Positions 38,821 to 50,318 of a stretch of 50,318 nucleotides of DNA are shown in pieces. This DNA comes from Candidatus Thermosaccharophagus tengchongensis (GTDB lineage: Bacteria > Armatimonadota > Fervidibacteria > Fervidibacterales > Thermosaccharophagaceae): assembly GCA_032161105.1 (NCBI GenBank), contig JAVHTD010000022.1; one strand, given 5' to 3'. The notes beneath the pieces are model-generated. The model saw only the letters and a program-made list of their open reading frames with translations, made no database searches and was not told where the DNA came from. Position numbers and translations under genes: made by a program. Within the stretch, counting starts at the first letter, position 1. Every line of letters begins with the position of its first letter.

Positions 38821-39984
38821 TTGGGGGTGCAATTGGTGACACCAAGGGAGAGGTTACTGATTGCTCTTCGTCACAGCGAACCGGACAGAGTGCCATTTGA
38901 TTTGGGAGCCACATCGGTCACCGGGATACACAGGGTTGCATATCAGCGTTTGAGGAGAGCACTTGGGTTGCCAGAAGTTGAAGTGAGGATATTTCACACA
39001 TCACAACAGCTCGCATGTGTTGACGATGATGTGGTCAAGCTCCTCGGAGTGGATGTGCGTGGCGTGAGGCGTAATCCGCCCTCAAAGCCGGCAATCGTTG
39101 AGTGGCAGGATGATGAGTTCCTTTACTGCCGGGATGAATGGGGCATAGTCAGGAGGATGCCGAGGGAGAGAGGGTTGTATTACGACATCTGTGAGTCGCC
39201 ATTGAGCAATGCCGAGGGTGCAAATGACATTGAGCGCCATCCGTTTCCGGACCCGGTTGATGACGCTTACTTTGCCGGCGTGAGGGAGGAAGCGCTCAAG
39301 CTGCGAAGTGAGGGCTACCCAGTTGTGTTTGGGAGCATCTGTCCGGGGATGCTTGAGATGTGCTTATGGCTTAGGGGATTTGAAAACTTCTATTGTGACC
39401 TGCGTGCCAACATGAAGCTTGCCGAAGCGCTGATGGATAAAATATTGGAACTCAAGTTGCGCTACTGGGAGAAGGCTCTATCCTTGCTTGGAGATGTGAT
39501 TGATGTCGTCCAAGAGGGCGATGATTATGGTGGGCAACATGGCTTGCTCATCAGCCCGGACACCTGGCGAAAGCTTTTCAAGCCGAGGCTAAAACAGCTC
39601 TTTGAGACCATAAAGCGCCGAGCCGATGTGTTCATCTTCTTCCACTCGTGTGGGAGCATCCGCGAAATCATACCCGACTTGATTGAGGTCGGAGTTGATG
39701 CCCTCAATCCGATCCAAGTCGCGGCAGCGAACATGGACACGAGGGAGCTCAAGCTTGAGTTCGGCGATGCACTCACATTCTGGGGTGGCGGTGTTGATAC
39801 GCAGCGCATATTGCCGATGGGCACACCGTCACAAGTTAAGGAAGAGGTCAAGATGCGTATTGAGCACCTCGCTGATGGCGGTGGATTCGTCTTCTCAGCC
39901 GTGCACAACATACAAGCGGATGTGCCACCACAAAACATAATTGCCATGTGGGAAGCATTGAGGGAGCACGGGGTTTACAGGTAG
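38821..39984 (+). CDS. Uroporphyrinogen decarboxylase (URO-D/MtaA) family protein
   Basis: TPRERL...EPDRVP, LRGFE, GDDYG, FHSCG, LNPIQ, FWGGGVDTQ, HNIQADVPPQN. Confidence 0.88.
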   Translation: MGVQLVTPRERLLIALRHSEPDRVPFDLGATSVTGIHRVAYQRLRRALGLPEVEVRIFHTSQQLACVDDDVVKLLGVDVRGVRRNPPSKPAIVEWQDDEFLYCRDEWGIVRRMPRERGLYYDICESPLSNAEGANDIERHPFPDPVDDAYFAGVREEALKLRSEGYPVVFGSICPGMLEMCLWLRGFENFYCDLRANMKLAEALMDKILELKLRYWEKALSLLGDVIDVVQEGDDYGGQHGLLISPDTWRKLFKPRLKQLFETIKRRADVFIFFHSCGSIREIIPDLIEVGVDALNPIQVAAANMDTRELKLEFGDALTFWGGGVDTQRILPMGTPSQVKEEVKMRIEHLADGGGFVFSAVHNIQADVPPQNIIAMWEALREHGVYR

Positions 39985-40040
39985 GCGCTGGCTGCAATTT
40001 GCCATTTCAGTTTTCGCCTGTGCTGGAGAGGGCATGCCAT

Positions 40041-41003
40041 ATGCAAGCTGATGGCGAAAACGAACGACCCATCCTCGTCATAACTGGACTAACCGCGCTC
40101 GGAAAGACATCGGCATCGCTCATCGTCGCCAAGCAGCTTTATGGCGAGATTGTCTCCTGTGACTCAATGAAGGTCTACAAGTTCATGGATATCGGCACTG
40201 CAAAGCCGAGTGCTGAGGCGAGGAGGCACATACCGCATCATGTGATTGATGTTGTCGCTCCAGATGAGCCATACAATGTGGCGATGTTTTTGCGTGACGC
40301 CGAGAAGGCTATCTGTGAGATACACTCTCGTGGCAAGCTGCCAATAGTGGTTGGTGGGACAGCGCTTTACCTGTCGGTGCTCCTTGAGGGTTACGACCTC
40401 CCGATTGCACCACCATGTGAGGAACTGCGCCAACGGCTTCGCAGAGAAGCGGAAGAGTTCGGAACAAAGGCGCTTCATGAGCGCTTGAAGTCGGTTGACC
40501 CACTCGCAGCCTCAAAGATACATCCAAATGACCTTGTGCGCATAGTGCGTGCGCTTGAAGTTTACGAGTTAACCGGTAAGCCCATCTCACACCATTGGCA
40601 TATGGGAAAAGATGTAAAGTGCATTGCACTGAGGCGTAACGCATTCGTGGTCGGTTTAACGGCGTCAAAGGAATGGGTGAGGCGCAAAATAGACGAAAGG
40701 GCAGTCTGGATGCTTGAGGCTGGTCTGCTTGATGAGATAAAGTGGTTGCTTGATGCCGGCTATTCGCCATCGCTTAAACCGATGCAGGCACTCGGCTATA
40801 GAGAATACACGCCGGTGGTGCTCGGTCAAAGGAAACTTGAAGAGGCGCTTGAGGAGTTCAAGCACAACAGTTACAAGTTTGAGAAGCGCCAAAGGACTTG
40901 GTTCAAGAAACGCCATTACATAAGGTGGATCAATGTTGAGCGGATGAGCGCTGAGGATGTGGCTGAGAACATTGTGAGGATGTTTTCGGCAGTGCTGAAA
41001 TAG
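40041..41003 (+). CDS. miaA: tRNA dimethylallyltransferase
   Basis: GLTALGKT, DSMKVY..MDIGTAKP, VGGTALY, RALEV, ALGYRE, KRQRTWF. Confidence 0.95.
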   Translation: MQADGENERPILVITGLTALGKTSASLIVAKQLYGEIVSCDSMKVYKFMDIGTAKPSAEARRHIPHHVIDVVAPDEPYNVAMFLRDAEKAICEIHSRGKLPIVVGGTALYLSVLLEGYDLPIAPPCEELRQRLRREAEEFGTKALHERLKSVDPLAASKIHPNDLVRIVRALEVYELTGKPISHHWHMGKDVKCIALRRNAFVVGLTASKEWVRRKIDERAVWMLEAGLLDEIKWLLDAGYSPSLKPMQALGYREYTPVVLGQRKLEEALEEFKHNSYKFEKRQRTWFKKRHYIRWINVERMSAEDVAENIVRMFSAVLK

Positions 41004-41069
41004 GTTGGAGATTGGTGATGGGGTAAAAATTATAAGCGCACAGCGCCATCACAGCAATTGGGGGAGTGA

Positions 41070-41951
41070 ATGGAGATGCCGCTCCACTTTTATAAGCTTC
41101 ACGGGTTGGGCAATGATTACATCCTGCTTGATGCTGTGAAGTCGCCGCTGCAGATTGAGCGCCTTGATGAGTTTGCAAGGAAGGTGTGCAGCAGGCATTT
41201 TGGTGTTGGCTCCGATGGTGTGCTCATTGCGATGCCGCCGACTTCAGGTGATGCTCACCTGCGAATGAGGATAATCAACCCGGATGGAAGCGAAGCTGAG
41301 ATGTGCGGCAACGGCATAAGGTGCCTCGCCAAGTGGGCTTACGAACACGGGCGTGTTAAACGCAGCGTCATGCACATTGAGACGCTCGCCGGGATAAGGA
41401 CTGTAAGGGTGGTCACGCGCGGCAGGAGTGTCATCAGCGTTGAAGTGAACATGGGCATTCCATCTCTGAAGCGCTCAGACATACCAATGCGAGGTGAGAA
41501 GGAGTTTGCCATTGATGAGGAGATTGTGGTTGATGGACAAGTGATGAAGGTGACGGCTGTCTCAATGGGCAATCCGCACTGCGTCATATTCGTTGAAGAT
41601 GTCACGAGCGTGCCAGTGGATGTGCTTGGTCCGAAGATTGAGTTCCATCCGGCATTCCCCAATCGCACAAATGTTGAGTTTGTCCAAGTCATCTCAAGTG
41701 ATAGGCTCAAGGTGAGGGTGTGGGAAAGAGGTGCGGGAGCGACATTGGCATGCGGCACTGGCGCATGCGCATCATTGGTTGCATCGGTTGTCACCGGGAG
41801 GGCGAAGCGAAAGGCAACGGTTTACCTTCCCGGTGGCTCATTGGAAGTGCACTGGAGTGAGGATGGGCAAGTGTATATGAAAGGTCCGGTTGAAGAAGTT
41901 TTTGAGGGCGATATAAACGATGCGTGGCTAAGTGCAGCCCTATCAAAGTGA
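41070..41951 (+). CDS. dapF: Diaminopimelate epimerase
   Basis: HGLGND, NPDGSEAEMCGNGIRC, MGNPH, NVEF, ERGAGATLACGTG. Confidence 0.97.
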   Translation: MEMPLHFYKLHGLGNDYILLDAVKSPLQIERLDEFARKVCSRHFGVGSDGVLIAMPPTSGDAHLRMRIINPDGSEAEMCGNGIRCLAKWAYEHGRVKRSVMHIETLAGIRTVRVVTRGRSVISVEVNMGIPSLKRSDIPMRGEKEFAIDEEIVVDGQVMKVTAVSMGNPHCVIFVEDVTSVPVDVLGPKIEFHPAFPNRTNVEFVQVISSDRLKVRVWERGAGATLACGTGACASLVASVVTGRAKRKATVYLPGGSLEVHWSEDGQVYMKGPVEEVFEGDINDAWLSAALSK

Positions 41952-41988
41952 GGTTTATCAGGGGGAGTGTTGTGGAGGGGGTGAGGTC

Positions 41989-43176
41989 ATGCGTTTCTCA
42001 AAGCGGCTCGATGTGATTGGGGCTTACCTTTTCTCGGCACTCGGACAGCGAGTCAGGGAATTGAGGGCTAAAGGTGTGGATGTGATAAGCCTCGGCATAG
42101 GTGACCCTGACAACCCCACTCCGGATCACATCGTGCTTGAGATGATAAGGGCATTGATTGACCCAAATGATAAGGACAGGCATCGCTACGGCAGCGATTG
42201 GCCATCGGATGTTTTCCCAAAAGCTGTAGCGCACTACTACAAGCAGCGGTTTGGAGTTGACATTGACCCGCAAAGCGAAGTGCTGACGCTCATAGGTTCA
42301 AAGGAGGGCATAGCTCACATAGCACTTGCGTTCATTGACAGCGGTGATGTTGCACTTGTGCCGGCTCCGGGCTACCCCGTGTATAGCATTGGGACGATAA
42401 TGGCTGGCGGTGAGCCATACTTTATGCCGCTCCGACCGGAGAACAACTGGCTGCCGGATTTTGAAGCCATACCCGGTGATGTGCTCAAGAGAGCAAAGCT
42501 CATCTGGCTCAACTATCCAAACAACCCGACAGCTGCGGTGGCATCGCTTGAGTTCTTTGAGCGAGCCGTTGAATTCGCAATGAGGCACAATTTGCTTCTA
42601 TGTCACGATGCCGCATATGTTGACATCACCTATGATGGCTATGTCGCACCGAGCGTGTTGCAGGTCCCCGGGGCTAAGGAGTGCACAGTTGAATTCTTCT
42701 CGCTGAGCAAACCATACAACATGACTGGTTGGCGCATCGCTGCCGCAGTCGGCAACCCACAAGCCTTAAAGGCGCTCGGGACGATTAAGGACAACATTGA
42801 CTCCGGCGTCATGCGCCCAATACAGCTTGCCGGTGCAAAGGCACTCACATCATCACAAGAATGCGTCAGGAGGATTGTGAGCATCTACCAGCGCCGAAGG
42901 GATTTGGTGATAAGCGCATTCCGCGAGATTGGTTGGGATGTGGAACCGCCGAAAGGTTCGTTGTATGTGTGGGTGCGCATACCGGATGGCTATGGAACTT
43001 CAACTGAGTTTGCGACAATGCTGCTTTATGAGGCGCAAGTTGCGGTTACTCCCGGAAGTGGCTACGGCGAGCATGGTGAAGGATACTTCAGAATCTCGCT
43101 CACATACCCGGACGAGTTGATTGAGGAAGCTATGAGGAGGATAGTGACCGTGCTAAAGCGCAAGGGCAAGAGGTGA
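41989..43176 (+). CDS. dapL: LL-diaminopimelate aminotransferase (class I/II PLP)
   Basis: SLGIGDPD, GSKEG, NYPNNPT, HDAAY, SLSKPYNMTGWR; adjacent to dapF. Confidence 0.82.
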   Translation: MRFSKRLDVIGAYLFSALGQRVRELRAKGVDVISLGIGDPDNPTPDHIVLEMIRALIDPNDKDRHRYGSDWPSDVFPKAVAHYYKQRFGVDIDPQSEVLTLIGSKEGIAHIALAFIDSGDVALVPAPGYPVYSIGTIMAGGEPYFMPLRPENNWLPDFEAIPGDVLKRAKLIWLNYPNNPTAAVASLEFFERAVEFAMRHNLLLCHDAAYVDITYDGYVAPSVLQVPGAKECTVEFFSLSKPYNMTGWRIAAAVGNPQALKALGTIKDNIDSGVMRPIQLAGAKALTSSQECVRRIVSIYQRRRDLVISAFREIGWDVEPPKGSLYVWVRIPDGYGTSTEFATMLLYEAQVAVTPGSGYGEHGEGYFRISLTYPDELIEEAMRRIVTVLKRKGKR

Positions 43177-43649
43177 TCTGGATGGCAAAGAAAAAGCTGC
43201 TCGTCGTCTATTACAGCGGGAGTGGGCACACGAAAATGCTCGCAAACGAAATAGCAAACGGGGCAAGGGCAAAGGGTGTGACAGCAGTTGTGAAGCGCGC
43301 TGAGGATTGCACACCGCAGGAGTTGAGTGAAGCCGATGCGCTCGCTGTCGGCTCGCCAACATACTTCAGCAATGTGGCGTGGCAGGTAAAGAAGCTCATT
43401 GATGAGTCAATCGCCCTTTACGAGGGCAAAGGGCTTTCGGGCAAGCCGGTCGGCTTGTTCACATCGGCCGGCTGTAAACGCGATGCGCAGCAGTGCTTAA
43501 AGATGCTTCAGCTGGCTTTTGCGTATCATCATTCCATGAAGCTCATTGAGCCAATGCTCATCAGAGTTGATGGCGAGCCGGATGAGCAGGCGAGATCCAA
43601 CGCCAGAGCTTACGGAGAGCGCATTGCAGAAGCGCTGCTCGGCGAATGA
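43173..43649 (+). CDS. Flavodoxin/WrbA-like protein
   Basis: YYSGSGHTKMLA, GSPTYF, GKPVGLFTS. Confidence 0.85.
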   Translation: MIWMAKKKLLVVYYSGSGHTKMLANEIANGARAKGVTAVVKRAEDCTPQELSEADALAVGSPTYFSNVAWQVKKLIDESIALYEGKGLSGKPVGLFTSAGCKRDAQQCLKMLQLAFAYHHSMKLIEPMLIRVDGEPDEQARSNARAYGERIAEALLGE

Positions 43650-43667
43650 ATGCTGCCCGATTAATGC

Positions 43668-44549
43668 TCACACATTGCAAACCTCAAACGCGTGCTTGAG
43701 TGCCTGTATTGGGTCTCCCTTCGGGATGAATTCGTGTCCGACATAGCCATCATAATTTGTGGCTGCAATAGCGCGCATAACTGCGCGGTAATTTATTTCC
43801 TGCTCATCGTCAAGGTCTCTCCTTCCCGGAACGCCGGCAGTGTGGAAGTGCCCGATGAAATTGATGTTGCGCCTAATTGTGTTGATCAGGTCACCCTCCA
43901 TTATCTGCATGTGATAGATGTCGTAGAGCAACTTCACCCTCGGAGAATTCACGCGCTTACACACTTCCACACCCCACCAAGTCCTATCGCACTGATAATC
44001 CCTGTGGTCATATTTGCTGTTGAGCAGCTCAAGGCAAAGGTTGATTCCTTTCTCTTCCGCAGCCTTAACCACCCTTAACAATCCCTCAACCGTGTTTTCA
44101 ATCCCTTCCTCATCCGATATGCCGCGCCTGTTTCCGGAGAAGACGATAAGGCTTGGTATCTCATACTTTGCAGCCAGCTCAATGTTCCTCAGGAGCTCCT
44201 CCTCAATTCGCTTGTGGTTCTCCTTCCTGTTCAAGCCATCAGTCAAGGTGCCGTGACCGCCGATGATGGCTATCTTCATTCCGTGCTCTCGTATCGTGTC
44301 CCAATATTGCTGCGGACCCATCTCAATTGATGCGAAGCCAATTGCTGCAGCCTCCTTTATGAGCTTTTCCGGCTTCATGTCACCCCTGACGAAGCACCAC
44401 CAGCATACCGACTGCTTTATCCGCCCCACTTTTCTCACCTCCGTTTCCGCATTGGCATTGCACGCAGCGTGCAGCGCCATCGTTGTGCCGGTTGCAGCAA
44501 GCGCAGCTCGCCTTATGAACTCGCGCCTGTTCATCTGAGCATCGCCCAT
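43668..44549 (-). CDS. Hydroxypyruvate isomerase (Hyi)/xylose-isomerase-like TIM barrel with Tat signal
   Basis: NRREFIR; LELLNS, LLYDIYHMQIMEGD, HFHTAGVPGR, GHEF. Confidence 0.88.
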   Translation of the reverse strand: MGDAQMNRREFIRRAALAATGTTMALHAACNANAETEVRKVGRIKQSVCWWCFVRGDMKPEKLIKEAAAIGFASIEMGPQQYWDTIREHGMKIAIIGGHGTLTDGLNRKENHKRIEEELLRNIELAAKYEIPSLIVFSGNRRGISDEEGIENTVEGLLRVVKAAEEKGINLCLELLNSKYDHRDYQCDRTWWGVEVCKRVNSPRVKLLYDIYHMQIMEGDLINTIRRNINFIGHFHTAGVPGRRDLDDEQEINYRAVMRAIAATNYDGYVGHEFIPKGDPIQALKHAFEVCNV

Positions 44550-44776
44550 CTTGCTCACCTCGCATCCCTGCACATCTTAAGGTGGATGCGTCATGCCAAA
44601 GTATGACATAGGTAAGTGCGTTGCTAAAGTTTGAAATCAGCGCCGTTCATCCTTGACGCTCTGCTCCAATCCGGGAGGCAGATACAGCCCAAGCTATTCA
44701 GTTGCTCGTTGCCGGAGGCTCGCCGCCGGCGTTGATGGCAGCTCACATGAGTTATTGAACATGGTTGGGGTGATGC

Positions 44777-45784
44777 ATGATGAAGTTCACTGATAGCTGC
44801 CTTCCATTCAAGCGCATATTCTCGGTGTTGCCTGAGTTCAATCCCGAGGAAGGGAAAACAGTGGTTGAGCCATTGAGCAGCGGCTTTGGGTGGTGGTCTG
44901 GGGCATGCAGCGTCATATACGATGACGCCACAAAGCTTTTCTACCTCTACTATCGCTTGCGCAAGCCGAGGGAGCTCGGCAGGGGTGCAATATGCAGGGT
45001 GGCTGTGAGCGACGATGGCATCAACTTCAAAACAATCTGGGAGGCGACGAGGGAGCAATTCAACTCCGAATCAATTGAGAAGGCGTCCCTCGTCAAGGCG
45101 CCAAATGATAGGTGGCGATTATACATCAGCTTTGTCGGTGAGGATGGCAAGTGGAGGATTGAAATGATGGAGGCGGACTCGCCGGATGCCTTTGATCCAT
45201 CAAGGAGGGTGAAAGTGCTCTCACCCGAAGATGTTGGTGTTGAGGGCGTCAAAGACCCTTATGTGTTTTTCATTGGCGGATGCACATTCATGCTCTTAAG
45301 CTGTGCGCCTCGCCCGGAAGTTATCACTCCGGAACTTGAGAGGCAAATGCACGCAACTGCCGATGTGTATGCCACAGGTCTTACAAGGTCAACTACGGCT
45401 TTAGCCACAAGTGCTGATGGGGTCAATTTTGAATGGCACGGAATAGTCTTTGAGCCGAACCCGGGAAAGTGGGATGGATATGCTGCGCGCATAAGCACGC
45501 TCATATACGAGCCGCCAGTGTTCATCGCTTTTTACGACGGCAGCGCAACGGTTGAAGAGAACTACGAGGAGAAAACTGGGCTTGCGCTCACATTTGACCT
45601 TCGCAATTACATCAGGGTGAGCGTTGACGCACCGCTGTTAAAGTCCCCACATTCAACCGGCTCATTGCGCTACATGGATGCCGTTGATATGGGCAGCGAA
45701 ATTTTGCTCTACTATGAGTATGCTCGTCCAGATGGCTCTCACGAGCTGCGCATGAGCGTTTTAAAGCGCACGCGATGGCAGTGA
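44777..45784 (+). CDS. Five-bladed beta-propeller glycoside-hydrolase-like protein
   Basis: Asp-box-like SDDGINF and SADGVNF, KDPYV, WRLYIS, LRYMDAV. Confidence 0.6.
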   Translation: MMKFTDSCLPFKRIFSVLPEFNPEEGKTVVEPLSSGFGWWSGACSVIYDDATKLFYLYYRLRKPRELGRGAICRVAVSDDGINFKTIWEATREQFNSESIEKASLVKAPNDRWRLYISFVGEDGKWRIEMMEADSPDAFDPSRRVKVLSPEDVGVEGVKDPYVFFIGGCTFMLLSCAPRPEVITPELERQMHATADVYATGLTRSTTALATSADGVNFEWHGIVFEPNPGKWDGYAARISTLIYEPPVFIAFYDGSATVEENYEEKTGLALTFDLRNYIRVSVDAPLLKSPHSTGSLRYMDAVDMGSEILLYYEYARPDGSHELRMSVLKRTRWQ

Positions 45785-46972
<1,188 letters not shown>

Positions 46973-47002
46973 CACCGAACCGATGGCGAGCCCCTCTAAA
47001 TG

Positions 47003-47569
47003 CTACAGAGCCCACTTCGGGTCACCGACGAGTTCTCCGACAACCTCATTCCAAATGCCCCTTGCTTTCAGGATCAGCTCAACAACTTCCCTCACTGCTC
47101 CTTTCCCGCCATTCCTCCTCGTCACATACTTTGCGAACCGCTTGACCTCATCATGCGCGTCGGCAACTGCGATGCCAAACCCACAGCGCTTTATCAGCGG
47201 TATGTCCTGTATGTCGTCGCCGATGAATGCGGCTTCATCGTAGCCAATTCCCTCAGCGCGAAGTATCTCCTCAAACATGGGCACTTTATCAAACCTCCCC
47301 ATGACGACATAGTCAACCCCTATCTCTTCAGCCCTCCTCTTGACGCACTCGGAGTGCCTCGCTGTTACCCACGCTGTCTTTATCCCGGCAAGCGACGCTA
47401 AACGCAATCCGACGCCATCCTTTGCATCAAATGCCTTAAGCTCGCTCCCGTCATCAAGCAGGACTATCTCTCCAGTCGTGAGCACGCCATCAACATCCAT
47501 CGCGAGCAGCTTAATTCTCATCAGCGTTTCGCGAAGCTCACCCGGTTCGCGGTTTTCCATTCGCCCCAC
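47003..47569 (-). CDS. kdsC: KdsC/YrbI-family HAD phosphatase
   Basis: DVDGVLT, F...DG.G, FIGDD..D, GGKGAVRE. Confidence 0.8.
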   Translation of the reverse strand: MGRMENREPGELRETLMRIKLLAMDVDGVLTTGEIVLLDDGSELKAFDAKDGVGLRLASLAGIKTAWVTARHSECVKRRAEEIGVDYVVMGRFDKVPMFEEILRAEGIGYDEAAFIGDDIQDIPLIKRCGFGIAVADAHDEVKRFAKYVTRRNGGKGAVREVVELILKARGIWNEVVGELVGDPKWAL

Positions 47570-47686
47570 CCCGTGCTCTTAAGGGATGAATGTGATGCGT
47601 TGTTCCGCAGCAATTGCGTGATATGCTCAAACGATACATCATGATGCAAGTGGAGCAAAGTGAAAGGGACGCAAGAGGTGATTCGG

Positions 47687-48934
47687 ATGGTGGGAGAGAT
47701 AATCTCGGTGGGCTCCGAATTGATGGTGGGTCAAATTGTTGACACGAATTCGCCATACTTGGCTGCACGGCTATCAGCCATCGGAATCAATGTGGCGCGC
47801 ATAACAGCGGTTGGCGATGAGCTTGAACAGCTATCGTGGGTGCTTAGGGAGGCGCTCGAGCGCTCTCAGGTTGTAATCGTCACAGGTGGTCTCGGTCCAA
47901 CCCCGGATGACATCACGAGAGAGGCACTCGCGAATGTGCTTGGCGTCCCTTTGGTTGAGCATCCCGAGATCGCAGCCAAGCTGCGCGAGCGCATTGCCAG
48001 ACATAGAGGGCACATCGGGATGAGCACGCTAAAGCAGGCGCTTTTGCCGGCCTCGGCAAAGCCAATACCGAACCCAGTTGGGAGTGCCCCCGGGATACTC
48101 GTGGAGCGAGATGGCAAATTGCTCATAGCCATGCCGGGTGTCCCGAGGGAAATGAAGGCGATGTTTGAAGAGCATGTGCTTGGCGAGCTTGAGAGGTGGC
48201 TTGGTGAGCGCGGGTTTGTGACCGTGATTAAAACATTGCGCTGCTTCGGTTTGGGCGAATCGGCTCTCATTGAGCGCATAGGCGATGTTGCAATGGGATG
48301 TGCGAATGTGAGCGTCGGTTCGCTCATCTGCGAGGGCGAGGTTTGGATTCGCATAGTGGCGAGGGCGAAAAATCGCAACGAGGCGATAGCGCTGATTGAG
48401 CCCGTTGAGCAGCGCATAAGAGAAAGGATTGGGGAATACATCTTCGGCGTTGACGATGAGGCGCTTGAGGGAATTGTTGGGAGTCTTCTCAGGGAGCGCA
48501 ATTGGACGATAGCAGTGGCTGAGTCGTGCACTGGTGGGCTTGTAACGGACGCGCTCACCAATATCCCCGGAAGTTCATGCTATATGAGGGGAAGCGTTGT
48601 GGCATACACTGAAGATGCAAAGCGCAGCTTGCTGGGCGTGCGTGAGGAGACGCTATTGAAGCATGGTGCGGTGAGCGAACAATGTGCGATTGAAATGGCT
48701 GAGGGCGTAAGGAAGTTGCTTGAGACGAACATTGGTGCAGCGGTGACTGGCATAGCTGGTCCCACTGGTGGAACACCCGAGAAGCCAGTTGGGACTGTGT
48801 TCATCGCCGTTGCGGATGAGCGCGGTTGCATTTGCGAGCATTACACATTTGGCGGTGATAGGCGTGCCATAAAGGAGAGGGCTTGCAAGGCACTCCTCAA
48901 CCTCGTCCGAAAACGCCTGTTGGGCATTGCATGA
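47687..48934 (+). CDS. cinA: Competence/damage-inducible protein A (MocF + PncC NMN deamidase)
   Basis: VGSEL..GQIVDTNS, GGLGPTPDDIT, PGVPREM, AESCTGG, GAVS, TGIAGP.GG. Confidence 0.93.
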   Translation: MVGEIISVGSELMVGQIVDTNSPYLAARLSAIGINVARITAVGDELEQLSWVLREALERSQVVIVTGGLGPTPDDITREALANVLGVPLVEHPEIAAKLRERIARHRGHIGMSTLKQALLPASAKPIPNPVGSAPGILVERDGKLLIAMPGVPREMKAMFEEHVLGELERWLGERGFVTVIKTLRCFGLGESALIERIGDVAMGCANVSVGSLICEGEVWIRIVARAKNRNEAIALIEPVEQRIRERIGEYIFGVDDEALEGIVGSLLRERNWTIAVAESCTGGLVTDALTNIPGSSCYMRGSVVAYTEDAKRSLLGVREETLLKHGAVSEQCAIEMAEGVRKLLETNIGAAVTGIAGPTGGTPEKPVGTVFIAVADERGCICEHYTFGGDRRAIKERACKALLNLVRKRLLGIA

Positions 48935-48987
48935 AGCCGATCCATCTAAGCAAGTGCAAGGCTCAGGTGCGTAATGCGCCGGATGAG

Positions 48988-50318
48988 TCATTGGGTGCGA
49001 ATATGATTGCGCGAGGCGTGAAGCAGGGTGATGAAAAAGATGATTAGCGGTCCTGTGCCGCGCACGAGCAGGTTTGTGAAGATGCTTGATATGGCGAATG
49101 CCACAACGGTTCCAACCATGCCAGCCCCGAGGGTTTTTCCAAAAGCGCTGCCTGAGCGCCTGTGAAGTTCAATAGCCAGAGCGCCGTTGTGAATGAGCAT
49201 GAACAGGAGCGTCGCCATCCCGATGAAGCCGAGTGTCATCCCAACGACGAGGTAGAGGCTGTTTGAATCAAAAGGCATTTTCTCCTTGTTCGGAAGGCTG
49301 CCGTAGTAAGCGTTGATGTTGATTTGGTAACCTCCGGCGCCGAAGCCGAGTGGGAAGTTTGATCTCGGTGGCGGTGCATCCTGAGACATCCCGTTCAATG
49401 CAGCCTGCCATTCAATGTATTCCTTACGCACATCCAATTCATCATCGTATGGGTCAAAGACATGCGGGAGCGCTTCCTTGTAAAATCGCATCTGGAACGC
49501 GAATGTGACGCACAGGAAGGCGGTGACACCGATCGCCCAAACCCAAGCGGCACGCCTTGAGTGAAGCCATGCCACCATGCCCAATCCGAGGGTAAGCCCC
49601 AACCAACACCATCCCGACAGGCTCGTAAACATGCCGAGCAGCACAGCGATTGCGCACAATGCCATGCGCAAATTGCTCCTGCTGTGCAGCGAATGTGAGA
49701 GGAGCAGCGGGAGCGTTAAGGCAAGATAACCCGAGTAAATGTTTCGGCTGCCGAACAACCCGGCAACTTGAGTTGGGTCTGAGCGCACAATGTAGTCGTA
49801 AACTGCAACTGCCTCGTTGATGAGCGTGAGCAGAAGCACAACATCAAGCAGGAAGGCTTTTTCATCATCGTCTGCGTGTTGGATGAGCGCAACAGCGAGG
49901 AGAGGAAATGCTGCGAGGTATAGCGTCCATTGGATTAGCTCAGTTGCAGCTTCGCGGAATGGCTCGGCAAACAACATCGCTTTGATGAGCCCCTTTGCGC
50001 TCAACCCGTATTGCGTCAGCTTGTCAAACAGCTCTCCCCACACGCTATGGCTATTGAGGGTTGAGAGGACGGCGACTGCGAGCAACGCAAGCAGGCACAG
50101 TGGGTAATTGCGCCACTTCAATTGTTTCAACTGTCCATACAGCGCAGCCCTAATGAGCCATATGGTGAAGAGCGCTGCTATGAGCATATCGCATATCGCT
50201 ATGTATTTGCCTCGCACACCGTAACCCAGAGGCATCGTGCGAGCGGCAAATTGAATCCCCATACCTTCCTCCGTGAGCGTAAACAGCAATGCGAATTGAT
50301 TTGCAAAGCTAACTAAGA
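48988..50318 (-). CDS. O-antigen ligase-like (WaaL/Wzy_C) membrane protein, 5' partial
   Basis: Many TM segments, GLFGSRN..SGYL, PLGFGAGGY, NSLYL....LG.IG; frame is open to the window edge. Confidence 0.65.
   Translation of the reverse strand, partial: LVSFANQFALLFTLTEEGMGIQFAARTMPLGYGVRGKYIAICDMLIAALFTIWLIRAALYGQLKQLKWRNYPLCLLALLAVAVLSTLNSHSVWGELFDKLTQYGLSAKGLIKAMLFAEPFREAATELIQWTLYLAAFPLLAVALIQHADDDEKAFLLDVVLLLTLINEAVAVYDYIVRSDPTQVAGLFGSRNIYSGYLALTLPLLLSHSLHSRSNLRMALCAIAVLLGMFTSLSGWCWLGLTLGLGMVAWLHSRRAAWVWAIGVTAFLCVTFAFQMRFYKEALPHVFDPYDDELDVRKEYIEWQAALNGMSQDAPPPRSNFPLGFGAGGYQININAYYGSLPNKEKMPFDSNSLYLVVGMTLGFIGMATLLFMLIHNGALAIELHRRSGSAFGKTLGAGMVGTVVAFAISSIFTNLLVRGTGPLIIFFITLLHASRNHIRTQ

Noticed and set aside
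44590..44607. Small hairpin GTCATGC-caaa-GTATGAC
   Set aside because: Short and imperfect, no U-tract, plausible by chance

Overview
A gene-dense bacterial chromosomal window with about 39 CDS and one tRNA-Thr(CGT). I saw no integrase, transposase, CRISPR array or rRNA. The gene content (DUF6785-like membrane protein, HEAT lipoprotein, secretin, Tat-tagged sugar isomerases, frequent GAGGTG RBS) suggests a diderm, perhaps Armatimonadota-like organism; this is inference only. Core genes are valS, miaA-dapF-dapL, tgt, cinA, a kdsC-like phosphatase, a tRNA nucleotidyltransferase, pstCAB and a partial Tad/Flp pilus cluster (cpaA-cpaB-cpaC-cpaE). The most notable signals: (1) an isolated two-gene unit pairing a double-domain KaiC ATPase, whose C-terminal tail resembles a HisKA/DHp with Asp in place of His, with a CheA carrying a second CheW, with no MCP or CheY nearby; (2) an ArsC/LMW-PTP domain fused to PstB; (3) a TGT with queuine-salvage-like active-site residues; (4) a candidate three-way-junction RNA at 36873-36963; (5) an apparently AT-richer four-gene block at about 32.9-36.8 kb. 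All family calls come from motif recognition; no searches were run.
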